DNA of 63,508 nucleotides, the filler included, from Atractiella rhizophila (taxonomy: Eukaryota): the NCBI GenBank assembly GCA_021432655.1. It is 10 parts of 9 records of this genome, joined end to end, with 100 filler letters (N's around TTAATTAATTAA, not from the genome) between each part and the next. Parts side by side here need not be neighbours in the genome. Positions count along the whole stretch, not along the records: positions 5,876 to 13,032 come from MU272235.1; positions 13,133 to 20,288 come from MU272236.1; positions 20,389 to 27,536 come from MU272237.1; 7 more parts are not named here. One strand, 5' to 3'. Positions 12,756 through 24,800 of this stretch are shown piece after piece. Each line of letters opens with the position of its first letter. The stretch's first letter is position 1. The translations under genes were made by a program, and so were the position numbers. The notes under the pieces are model-generated. The model worked only from the letters and a program-made list of their open reading frames with translations, was not told the DNA's origin and did not search any database.

Positions 12756-13032
12756 ATGTCTGCGTTGCCAGAACCCAAATACAAGCCTCCTTTACGCAGA
12801 GGTGACGCATGCACGGTCAGTGGTGGCTCTTGTCCCTCTTACCGTCAGCTTATGTGTTGCAGAATTGTCGAAAGAGAAAGATAGCTTGTGACGGAAACCG
12901 ATCCGGATGTAACCAGTGCCTCAAGAGCCAGCACGTCCGAAAGTACAGTTGTAGTCCAATCATTTGCACCTACACGAGTTATGCCAGGAATGAAGAAGTG
13001 GATGCTGTCGAGCCCAAGATCGCTCGCTTGGA
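12756..13032 (+). CDS. Small Zn(II)2Cys6 protein, paralog C (exons 12756-12815, 12863->13032; truncated by contig end)
   Basis: MSALPEPKYKPPLRRGDACT|NCRKRKIACDGNRSGCNQCLKSQHVRKYSCSPIICTY..EPKIARL. Confidence 0.8.
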
Positions 13033-13827
13033 NNNNNNNNNNNNNNNNNNNNNNNNNNNNNNNNNNNNNNNNNNNNTTAATTAATTAANNNNNNNNNNNN
13101 NNNNNNNNNNNNNNNNNNNNNNNNNNNNNNNNACGCGTCGTTCTGTCTCCGAGATCTTCAAAGCTTCACACTTGCGCTCTGCAATTCAGCGGCGCTGCAA
13201 ACTCTCACGACTTCGCAACAGAACCGCAAATTGTCAGCATGTCCTGTCCATGTTTTTGGAACGACGTCTGACCTTCAAAAGCAGAGCCCACTGACCAGTT
13301 CCAAATCTCTATCACTCCTTTAAGACAGCCATGGATTTTTGGATCGAACCACCATCCAGAGTGCGCTCTTGCCTGTCTGGCACTACTGCTTCCGGAAATT
13401 GATGTCCCTGGTGCGTTACTTGCTTCCTTGTGGCACCATTACAGTTTAATTGCCTGACCAAGTGCAGTCCCTCTAACATTCTTTGGCCCTTTTGGGCACC
13501 AGCTGAGAGCCTGGCCGAAAGCGTCGACTGGAACATCCCACAGCAGGAACCTTCGTTGACAGTCAATTCAGCCGACACCATTCGTAAGATCAATTCTTCC
13601 GACACTCAATATTACTCAATTACGGCCAATCAATTACAATATAAAGACGAGTGACTGTCATTCGGTTTCGCGTCGTGCGTGTGGTCGTTTGCGGCCGTGT
13701 CAACAACCCAAAGCAAACGCAACAAGGAACGGGTCTTCGACGGTGTTCTTGATCTCCTCTTCTCCCTTCGTCAGATCCCATCGCACAAAAGCACGCTGAT
13801 CCTTCATCTGCTCTCAACCCGCTGGCG

Positions 13828-14989
13828 ATGGAGGCACCTTCTCCTCTGCTACTGTGGCCGCTCGATGCTGGACATGGGTACGATGGGACTGTCCTAATCG
13901 GCGGCGGCCAGAGGTTTCGCTTGCCGGATGGGTACTCCATTGTGGTAAAGAGACCCATCGAGATCATCGACCTCACTCACGAATCGAGCGATAACGAGGA
14001 ACTAGGCATTAACAAGCCAGAGAGCCTGAAAATGTGCCCAAAAAAGAGGAAGCGAGTGGCCACGTCAGGGAAGAAGTCGGTTTCTCCTCTCTTGCAGAAG
14101 CATTAGGTTGAGCCTTAGCAACAGTTCTGAGGAAGGATGCGAGACAAGGAAGCAAGGTTGTAACCGGACGTTCACGAGGAGCTGTCACTTTTCCCCCGAA
14201 CCAAACGTGCCGACTTCCGTAGCAGATCCACACCCCTTAGAGCTTTCAAACGCGCACATTTTTTCCACCACATCCCCTACACAGGAGTATGTGTCGGGGG
14301 CAGTAACTCTAGAAGATTCCTTTGCTAGATCGAGAATAAGGTGCTCTCCTCCCCACAGCAAGACTTCAACCTTCGACGTGCCCGACTCAAGAACCGACTC
14401 AACCTTCCTTTCATCCCATCGCAATTACTCCAGTAGCCGTGGCTTGCGATCCATCCCCAACACTTGTCCAACTCACACGGTGCCATTTTCCCTCCTTCCT
14501 ATTGCACACCGACCACGTCACTCTCCTGACGTTGTAGATGAGCATATCGACTCGGCTCGCCGAGATATGGTTCATCAAGAGGATCACGATCAAATATTGG
14601 TCGGATCAGGGGGTAGGAAAGACACACTCCCATGCTTCGGCTTGGAGAGAATACAGTCATCTGAAGAGATGCCGCGGTCCGACGCAGTCAAGACCCCTCG
14701 CCACAAGTCAGCTGCTCATGGACTGATAGTCATTGAGGAGGATGGTCACACATGGGTGGGGTATCAAGACAGGTGGTTCAAGAAGGACCCGTGGCTCTCT
14801 TTAGAATGGTACAGAAAAAGGTTAGTGCAGCAGAGGCCTACGACGGGATCGTTGCCGAGGAGGAGGAACAGACCCAAGGAAGTGTTAAACGAAGAAAGCA
14901 GCGGCGACGACAACGAGTACACCTCTACAGACGGGGAGAGTGGTGAACATAGTGAGAGGAGGGAGAGTGATGACGAGCCAATGGAGTAG
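13828..14989 (+). CDS. Hypothetical low-complexity, probably nuclear protein (two adjacent ORFs; exon structure unresolved)
   Basis: ORFs 13828..14106 and 14108..14989 (293 aa), with a SIM-like IEIIDLT, an NLS-like PKKRKR and an acidic C-terminus. No recognised domain. Confidence 0.4.
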
Positions 14990-16205
14990 ACCCTCTCCCT
15001 CTTAGACAAAGCCAGTGTCTCAAGAGACCCATCCTGTACTACTTCATGAATTTTTTTCTTTGATCTTCCCTCCGTGTTGTTTTCCTTCTCTGTACTCCCA
15101 GTTGTGTCTATTTCATGTGTTGTCTCATTTCCAGATGTTGTTTTGGAACAGAAAGTCATGTTGTTTGCTTCTTGCAGGATTTGTTGGGTTGTCTCTCCTT
15201 TCTTTATACATGGTTCATGGTGTACTAATCTTCACCACTTGGTCCCATCTCCTTAGATTTATTGGTATCTTGATCTCGAAAAAGGCAGCATTTCTGAATA
15301 TGTCGACTAGATGCACATAAAACCTTGAATGTTCTGCTTTCTCCATCAATCCTTCTTTGCTGCCAGCTTGTCAAAGTGTTGATGAAATCCTGCACCGTAC
15401 AGCGTCGTCCAGAAACACCATTTCACCTATTCAGCCATTTTAGCACCGGATGCGTTGTCCTGCTTGAACAGGTCAGAACAAAGGAGGGAGCATACTCGTT
15501 CAGCACCAGTGACACCTTTATCCACACACTTTTTCAGCATTATCAAGCCTTCCACAGCATGCAGAAAGCCGTAAAATGTCCATAGATATACGTAAACATT
15601 TCTTTCAGCTCCGTCAGATTGCGCCGTGCTTCAAAGCCGGAGGACGGATTGCTCACGACGATGTGGAGAGTATCAGTTTACTACTGATTTGAGCTATGGA
15701 TGGAAGCGGTGCGGTTTGGAGGAGTAGGATCGTGCCTGCAATGAAGTAATTTGCGGTGACAATCGGCTGCGTCATGGAGGGGAAGGAAAAAGCTGGTGTC
15801 ATTGTCAAGCCCGTGTATATCTAATCGAAAATTGGAAAGTGAAGGAGCTAGAATTTATGCAGAATGTCGACGGGATGCTATTGATGGCCGGCCAAGGGAG
15901 TATAAAAGGACCATCTCCCGGCATCGCAAGAGCATCGGTGTAACTATACGATGCTTTATAAGACCGAGACCTGTGAAGCATGTAAAACTGCAGTCGTCGT
16001 TGCGGATCAGGAGTTAACAAGAAAACTAGGTTCTTATTGCGTACGTCAACACCGGTACTGGTGACTATGTTATGCTAGTACTTGAAAGGACAGCACACTC
16101 GCTAAAGGACGAGGGCGGAAGCCTAAATAGCACAAGATGAAGCTTTCCTGAGCCCAAAAAACAGTCAAGTAGAAGGTAGAAAAATAAATCTAAGAACGTA
16201 CGATA

Positions 16206-17017
16206 TTATTGCTCATCGCCGCTAGAAGATTTCACCGTGTTTGTTTCATCGGTTGACTGCTCATCCTCGCTGGTTGCGTCAGCAGCGGATTCCCCATCTT
16301 GTAACACCTCATCCGTCCAATTGGAATCGACGAACTGTTCGTCAAAGTCCCCTTCAGAGGTCTCTTCAGAGTTTCCTTCAGAGTTTTCTTCAGACGCTTC
16401 AGAGTTGCCTTCAGAATTTTCTTCAGCGAGCTCGGAGGTTTCGGATTGCCCCTCAGAGACCTTCTGGATGTCCGTGTGCTCTTCGAGAATTCTCGTCAGC
16501 GTCAGCAGAGATATGAAACAGCGCGTACTATCATAGTTGAAAGGCAATGGAATCGGGTGTTCTTCGAGCTCAGCTTGAATTCTGAACATGACAATCAGTT
16601 CTCATGTTGCAAGAGCTAGATAGAAGCGGACCTCTTTAGTTGAGGGCTGGCTAGCTGACGCCTACTTCCGATCCAATATTCGATAGTGACAAAATAATCA
16701 TAGATGCCAGGGAAGGAGGTATGGAACACAGGGTTCGAGGGGAGGTCGGGGTGGTGATCGCGCTCAACGAAATAGTATCCAAACATATCGGTGTAAGGCT
16801 TCGGGAGCTTTTTGACTGGTTCAAGGAGTCTTGTTCGCCCTACCGCTCTGCCAGAAGACTCCATGATTGGGATTGCGGAAAGCGTTCTGACGGTAAGCAA
16901 AGGCCTGAAGTGAAATGGCAGATCGATTGAACAGTGTTGGTGTTTTATTGGCGGCGTTAAGCTGAGACCAACTTGTTCTGGTATCCTGCTGTTATTGTTG
17001 AGCGCCATCAACAACAA
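16206..17017 (-). CDS. Hypothetical protein with acidic repetitive C-terminus
   Basis: ORFs 16616..17017 and 16206..16589 on the same strand; duplicated EENSEGNSE unit. Splice structure not resolved. Confidence 0.35.
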
Positions 17018-19130
17018 GATCTCGTTGTTGGCATCAAGGCCATAGTACTTACCACAGGAGAATCGTTTGAGCAGTCACGCAAACCAGGAAACTTCGATTG
17101 ACGAAGGCAAGCTGTGCCCTCCTCGTTTTTGAAGCGAGAAAGCGATTGTTACGGAACAAGGGAGAAAGAAACTAGGTTCCGTATACGTGGAAACTTTGCA
17201 CACATTTTCTTTCTCCCCGCATGTTACCGTTAGCATTTTAATCAGCATTCCAGCATCACCATATCTCTGCGTTTCTGGTAAATAATAGTTGCTGAATGAA
17301 ATCAGCATCCCGCTGCTCTCGACGGTGAAAACATGGGCTCTGAAATGGTTCTTCGCTTCCCTTGAGCAAGCGAAGAGCGCAGTTTGCCTTGAATTCATCT
17401 TGAAGACCAATATAAATCGACTTCAGAGGAGGAAGAGAAGGTGCAGTCCCATCAAGGTTCAATCGAGACTGAGACGGGCTTCTTATTTCTGCCCAAGTTT
17501 TCAAGCAATTTTCCGTTTTAGTATTCTAGAGGCACCTTAAGTAAGACAGTTACAAATGTACGAGATGGTGTCGACGAGACAGGTCCATTAGAGACTTCAC
17601 ATTATGCAGCACACAAGAGCGTTTCAAAAGGATCCAGCGTCTCATCTATTCAAGTACTGGGTCACTGGATACTGACGAATTTCTGGGCTTTAACTGTTTC
17701 TATCAGGCATTTTTCTTCATCTGAAACATGCTAAGTTATATAATAGCCCAGCATGGCACTGCGCGTCTGCATCAATTATGTCCAATCTGTCAATGAGGGT
17801 TTGTTCCCACTTTTGCGATGGGTGTTCGCGAGACGTGACAGTAACTTCAAATCGCAGGGAGTACCAACAAACGACTGGACCTCTGAGGGAAGCCATCATC
17901 AACCAGTCCGATTGATAGGAGTATATATTGTGAACATTGCATGCTTCTCCATCAAAATGCAACAAAACACACCTTCATTTACAATACCTTCAATGTGGAC
18001 GCACATTCAAAGCCTTGCTTTCCTCCCCGTTTCCATTAGTCACAGGTGTGAACGTCAATAAAGGTTTGTTGAGTCAGGACGCTTGATGACACAGTCAGTC
18101 GATTCTCGATTCTCTAAGGTTTTCGGGGAACCACGAGAAGAACGTCGTCTATTATGCTGGATGCTGAAAGTAATGAACCCGAAAGTGAAACTAAATGCTG
18201 AAAAATGCAAAGCGTATCTTCTCACCTATATAACGAACAGAAACATCGAATTGGTTGTTGGTGTGATCTTTTCGGAAGCGACAGTCCATTTTGGCATTCT
18301 GTAGTCGGTAGTAGACCAAAGGAAATTTAGTGTTACATTAATACCTTCAGTTGAATCAATTCTGCCACTGCGACGACCTCGTGGCTCGTAGAGCGTTCGT
18401 AATGTGATACAGGCAACCATCCTTCCTACCTCTAGCTCTCTCCGCACTTGCTCCCTTCAAGCGTTCAACCTAACCTTTCGGACAAGAAGAGCTATAGGAT
18501 ATCCAAGAAACGTGTAAAGGTTGGGAACGAGTCTCCTTGACTTTTAGGTTTCACGAGCTCCTTGGCTAGTTAGTCTTACTAGTTGCTCAAGGCGGTCCAT
18601 GTCATTTTGTCTAGGTGCGCCGCTTCAGTCTGCTGTTATGGGTCTACTGCATAGTAGTGCGACAAATGCTTCAATGCTTTCAGCTGCAGCTTGCAGGGTT
18701 CAGGAGTAACTAGCTCCTCACTCTTGCTCAAATGATGGAAGCAATGAAGTAGTCTGCGGCTGCGCTGCCAGGTTGCGTTGAATGTCTTTGGCTGCTGGAG
18801 TAGCATGAGCTAAACCTTCACTCAGTTCTCATTGCTTGTCATAGAAGATTGCTATACTTGTATGATTTAAATGTAACAAATGGTACTAACACGAAATAAA
18901 CAAAATATCCTGGGGGCATATCCGTCTTCCTGGAAGCTTTACACATTTTCAGCCCTGCTTCTTGACCTGTTCAACACCGTCACATAGCTATTACGAGCGT
19001 CGTACTGCAACTTCCACCGTCATAACCCGTGCTTTCTCTACAGACAGTTGAGATGTGCAGGAAAGTAAGAAGGCGGCGTACCCTTCGGCTCTCCCTAGAG
19101 AGAAATTGAACTTTTGAGCCCGGAATAGGG

Positions 19131-19472
19131 CTAGAAAGGGAGATACATACAATCAAAGTGCCGTTTAAGGCGTCGCCTATCCAAATAATGAGAACCTCGC
19201 ACCAACGTGACATAATGTAAAAACATACGCGCACGAAGGGCATCCGTCACATTTCGGAATGTGACAAAGGCATACCCTCCTGACTTTGTCGCGTCTTCCC
19301 TGCTAGGCATGATCACAGCGTCGCTGAGTGCCCCATAAGGCGCAAAAATTTGACGCAAGGTGTCATGCGACAGAGTGTATGGCAGGTTGCCGACGTGGAG
19401 CTTACAGCTCTGCCTATTCGATGTCAGGCTGCGTCCGGTTGCGTGATTGGAAGCAATGAATACATACTCCAT
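19131..19472 (-). CDS. RRM-domain RNA-binding protein (exon or fragment)
   Basis: RNP2 LHVGNLPY and RNP1 GGYAFVTF with correct spacing (KLHVGNLPYTLSHDTLRQIFAPYG..KSGGYAFVTFRNVTDALRA). Confidence 0.8.
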   Translation of the reverse strand: MEYVFIASNHATGRSLTSNRQSCKLHVGNLPYTLSHDTLRQIFAPYGALSDAVIMPSREDATKSGGYAFVTFRNVTDALRARMFLHYVTLVRGSHYLDRRRLKRHFDCMYLPF

Positions 19473-20388
19473 TTTATCATAAAGAAAGCTTCTGCGGAGG
19501 TCAGGTTTAGAGCCGTTAGGGACTGAAGCAGGATTGTGGAGCCTTTATGTAACTGTCGAAGGAGAATCTTTCTCCGGAACAATAACCTTCTCCCCACTTG
19601 CTTGCGAGGCTCGATGGAATGAACAATCATGCTTGTGTGAACATCCTGAGCTCAATATCGGGCAAAACGACCAGTGAGCTTCGTTGAATTATGGAAACAC
19701 CCTAACTCAGGATACGGGTTAATCATTCCGTCATGGTAAACTGTCCTTCGATAGAAAATGAGGGCAGATGTCACTTTCACAGACTATAATTGGGATTCGA
19801 AACGTTCAGGAAAGGAAATGGTCCCGACTTTCTCATCCTCACCTATCTCAGTGTCAAGCGGCCCAAAGAACCTCATTTCTGCATTTTCGGCCCAAGAAAC
19901 GAATAAAACGGCTACAATCGATGGCTAGCACGACATAGGCGAGCCAGCGAGCCAGAAAAGTGACGAGATGAACCCTACAACCGTCAGTCCACATGGGTTC
20001 GATGTCTGTTTGGATTTCCGATTGACAGCACAGGTAGAAGATCGGGATTGATGGTACAGATGGCGATAAACTCCGGAACCCTGATCTCGTGAGACCTTAC
20101 CTGCTCCAATCAGCGATGGGAGAGTACTAACCTGAGTCTACGACCCCACGGAGTCACTTACCTCCACCGACTCTCCTTTGCAACCCACAAATCAGCGGAT
20201 GTAATACCCTCCTCCCAAAGTCGCGGCTATCCCTCAGAACATTCTTCCGGCTCCGACGCTATCCGTCCCTTGTAGTCCTCGTCGAGGGNNNNNNNNNNNN
20301 NNNNNNNNNNNNNNNNNNNNNNNNNNNNNNNNTTAATTAATTAANNNNNNNNNNNNNNNNNNNNNNNNNNNNNNNNNNNNNNNNNNNN

Positions 20389-20598
20389 GATGAGGAGAAG
20401 ACTGGTCTTTATGGCCTGGCCGCTATCGTGGCAGTGGGATGGCTGATTGGTGGGCCGGGGAAGGAGAAGAAGCATGAGAAGCATAAGAAGCATAAGGAGG
20501 AGGGGAAGGCATTCAAGGAGGAGGAAGTTAAGCCTGTGCCCACCGGGATGAGCGTATCCAAGGATGGGAACAAGGTTGAAATCTCATACAGGAAGTAG
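20389..20598 (+). CDS. 3' end of an unidentified gene (one hydrophobic segment + Lys/Glu-rich tail)
   Basis: Open frame from the contig start: DEEKTGLYGLAAIVAVGWLIGGPGKEKKHEKHKKHKEEG..VEISYRK*. Confidence 0.5.
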   Translation, partial: DEEKTGLYGLAAIVAVGWLIGGPGKEKKHEKHKKHKEEGKAFKEEEVKPVPTGMSVSKDGNKVEISYRK

Positions 20599-21886
20599 AA
20601 GACCCTTGGTGATCTATCACCCTCATTGCGATTGCGTGCGATAGGTTTCCACTTTCCAGAAGTATAGGCTCGCCACTTCAGCCTGCTGCACCTTTCATTT
20701 GATCTCCTACTAGGATTACATTCAAAATGACCCAAATGTTAATAACGTTGACTTCTTTGTAGCTGCCTATCTTCAAGCTTCCAGCTTTTGTCGTGTGTTT
20801 CTTGATTGAAGTTCGAGTTGCTTGAGTTAGAGTTGCTTGCTCGCAGGCCCTTCTACAACGCGGAACTTTAGTCACAGCTAGCCCACTCCCCACGAACGTA
20901 TCCTCCTTTCGACAGCGGGCGATCCAAAGTGTATCGTGTCTGGTTCAGGGTTTCTGGGACAGGAATATCCTTGGCGGATCTGTGACAGTAAGCCATCGGG
21001 AGATCGACAGTGGTTGGTTGAACGTTGTATCGCTGCTTTTTCTGAAGGTGAGTGACTGCATTCTGTCTATTCAGACAACGGCCACCAAGCACCGTGCTTG
21101 TGTTCAGTGTCGTCTATCAGTAGATGACCGAATTCTTGAACCGTAACGTCTTAAAGCTTCTGTCTAATGCCAGGGTGTGTTCCGATAGGCACAAAGACTA
21201 GCCCAAATTTTGAGCTTATGACATATCATGGCTTGGTGCCAAAGATTTGGGAGATATCTTTCATTGAACCGCTTTGGTGCTTTTGTAGATTGATTTTGTG
21301 GAGCAGCAAAAGCCGCTCAGGCGAGAACATCATAATGTTGAATCTTCAAGTGCTGACTTTGCTCCCTTTGCACCTCATGCACCTCTTTCGACCTGCTTCA
21401 TCGCAACTCGCAACTCCCACATTGTACCCCGACTAGACAGTGACTACCTCTATCTGAGGTGAGTTCAAATCATTGACGGCTATGCAGCAGAACCATTGTA
21501 GAAAGCAGTGTTCCTCGCAGTGTTCCTCGTGATTAAAAAGATATTGTAGCCTAACATCCCTCAATGAGTCCCAAGTCGCGAATAAGTGACAGCCTCCGGA
21601 GGCTCCGGAGAGATAATGTAGTTCACTGGCATGACTTCTAGCATGTCGTGGTCTAAGTTTTGAAACATTCCCGTTCCATGTGGCGTGTTTATTTGGCTTT
21701 AAAGAGGAGCTTTGTTCGGCTCTTGAGAGTTGCTTCAGAAACTACTCTCTTTCCTAAAATGATTAATTTGTGACATTACACAGATAACTTCCAAACGTTG
21801 TTGACGAGTTTTCTATCTAGATCACGAATCTGTGACACTGCTCAACTCTTTCCAAATACTGTAGTTTCCAATCTTCCATTCGCAGG

Positions 21887-24800
21887 ATGACAGCACATCG
21901 TAATACCAGCAGTCCTCCTGCAACGGAATATTACCCTCCAATCACATCACCTACCCATACCGTCAAGATCTTTGAAGTTCCAGAGAGCGTAAAGAAGGCG
22001 AGCCCCCGCGGATTGCGCATCCTTTCCATCGATAATGGAGGAATCTGCACCTTCTCCACACTCTACATGCTTGAAGCCATCATGCTTCAAGCTGCCGATC
22101 AGCTTAACGTGCCAGAAACTGAAGAACTGAGGCCATGCGACATATTCGATCTCATATGTGGCGTCTCTACTGGTGGCTGGATCGCTCTCATGCTCGGCAG
22201 ACTGGGAATGACGGTACGTCAATGCATTACGGCATACGGAGACATAGTCAACAAAGTATTTATGGCTCGTACGATACCTGAGATGAACGGTTGTTCATAC
22301 TCGGCAGATCTGCTCGAAGCCAGTTTATTGGCCATCATCCAACACTATTCTCCCGCTTCTGAAGGTCTTCCTTCATCAATCCCGATGAGAGATCCTTTTC
22401 TTGAGGAGAGATGTAGGACGTTTGTCGTATCTACCTACGAGTCCAACATCGTCGTTTCTCTTGAGATGCGAACCTATAGCATTCCGTACGCTAGTCTTTC
22501 TTCCACAGACTGTACAATCTGGCAAGCAGCGAGAGCCACTTCTGCAGCACCTCAATTCTTTCCTCCTATCGAGTTCGATCGCACCAAGTACGTTTCGATC
22601 GGCCATAACAATCCGACTGCACTCGCAGTTGAGGAGGCCAGTCGAATCTGGGGAGAAGGGAGCCAGGTGGCCTGTCTAGTATCTCTTGGTGCTGGAGTCG
22701 CACCATCTATCAAGCTAGGGCAGACTCCACCAGAAATCATGCGCGCTCTGAAGGCAATAGTAGAAGACTGCTCAAAAGTTTCTAATGAGATGAAGATGAA
22801 GATGAAAGGGCGTAAACTTGGACATTGTTATCATCGATTCTCAGTAGATACTCTGGGAAGTTTCAGATGGGAAGAATGGGAGCGTACAAACGACGTGGTT
22901 GGATGCACAAAGGCTTATCTGGAAGCCATGGGTCATGAAACTTATGATGCTGCTAAAACGCTTGTGCAGTGTATGTCATTTATTGGCGTTGGAAATGCCT
23001 TGCTCATCGTACGTTACTTAGGTTGTAATGAACGTGTTGCCATTCGTCGAAAGTTGCCACTACCCTTCCTTCCTGCATGCTATGGAAGACGTAAGGAGAT
23101 CGAGAAGGGAAAAGCTGCGATTCTCAATAATCAACAGCACGTTGCAATTGTCGGCGCAGCAGGAATTGGCAAGTCGACGGTTGCCTTACAGATCTTACAT
23201 GATCAAGACGTCAAAACAGCTTTTCTCAGTACAGTGGCCGAAAAGGAGGAAGATTTTCGTTTTTGGGTACGATGTGACGGATTCCCCACATTTTTGTCTC
23301 TCTCCATTCACCTTTGCTACGACATATTTGCATTGACCCCTCTGCCTGGGAAAGACGAGCTCACAACAGTGCGCGAATACTTCCGGCTGCACAAGTCACT
23401 TTTGATATTGGACAATTTCGAGACTCCCGCACGATCTGACAGCGGAAACCTGCAAGCATTTTTTCAAGCCCTTCTTTCCAGCAATTCCGTTGGGTCCATT
23501 CTCGTTGTTGCCCATCGCGGACATCTAGCTGAACGTGTCGACGTTGCTGAAGTCAGATTTTGCAAGGTGGTGGTGGAGCGCTTAGATGAGCAAACAGCGC
23601 TCAGATTGTTCCGTCATGCCTACGTTGGAGAAGACACGTCTGAGGTGGTTGTCAAACACATTACCGCTAAGCTAGACCTTCATGCTTTGTCGATCAAGCT
23701 GTTTGCTCTCCGCGCTAATGGGGAATCAACAAAGACACTCTCGGCCCTTGCAGAGGAGTGGGAGTCGAAGAAGAGCGCCGTGCTCTGGGATGAAGACAGT
23801 GATGAGACACCGACGCTCGCAAAGTCTATATCCTTCTCGCTCGATTCACCACTTCTCAAGAAGTACAACAATGGCGGTCTTTTTATTCTTGCACTACTTT
23901 CATGGACTCCCGATGGGCTTTCAGCTGAATATGTCGAGGCTATCCACTCCGATAAACTTCATACCGGAGACTGTTACAAAATCGTCACGGCGATCCTAGC
24001 CGTGGGGCTTGCAGAAAATGTAAATAACCGTTTGCGCTTGCTAGCACCCATCCGTGAACACATCAACTACCGAGTCTTGCATTGCAATTCACCGTTCAAG
24101 ATGACAGTCATGTCATCTCTGGAGCCGTTGGTCAAATTGCTTATGAGCAAATGTCAAGAGGACATTGAAAGATTTGAAGTCAAGGGCGAGCGGAATGCAC
24201 TTCTATCATTTCGCGAGGAATATCTCAACCTTGAACACGTCCTGTTGGTGGCGCTGCAGCATTTCGAACACCCGTTGGATGTCCTTTTATTTCTCAGCGG
24301 AATTTGGCCATTTCTTCATGTGAAACATCGCCTCTCTGTCCGATTATTCCAAAAAGGGCTTTCTAGGGCTGAGGACTTCAAAGCCAAAGTGGCCCTCGTC
24401 CCGTCGCCGCGGTCAGAACAATCACTGAAAGCGTGCACTTCTCTGACGGCTGACTTCAGCTTGGCTGTTGGGACAGCACTAATGCAGCAAGGTCATCTGC
24501 AGCAAGCAAAAATCCATATTCAGGATGCCAACAAACTTTTTCTACTTGGGCAAGATCGCCTTGGTCAAGTCCAATGCATTCTCCGTATAGGCGACATCGA
24601 ACAGCTGCGCGGCAGCCATGATGAAGCGTTGAAGGCATTTTTGGACGCAAAGGAACTTTGCGATGCCATTGAAGACCGTCGAGGTCAAGCCCACTGCCTT
24701 CAGAGCATCGGCAAGACCGCAAATCAACGTGGCCAGAGGGACGAAGCGTTGAAGGCCTTCCTGGAAGCGAAGGAGCTGTACATTGCTGTCGAAGACCTTC

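Noticed and set aside
21887..22010. Amyloid signalling motif at the NLR N-terminus, or an adjacent HeLo/gasdermin effector
   Set aside because: The N-terminus is Pro/Thr-rich without N/G/Q pseudo-repeats, and no such neighbour is recognisable on the contig.
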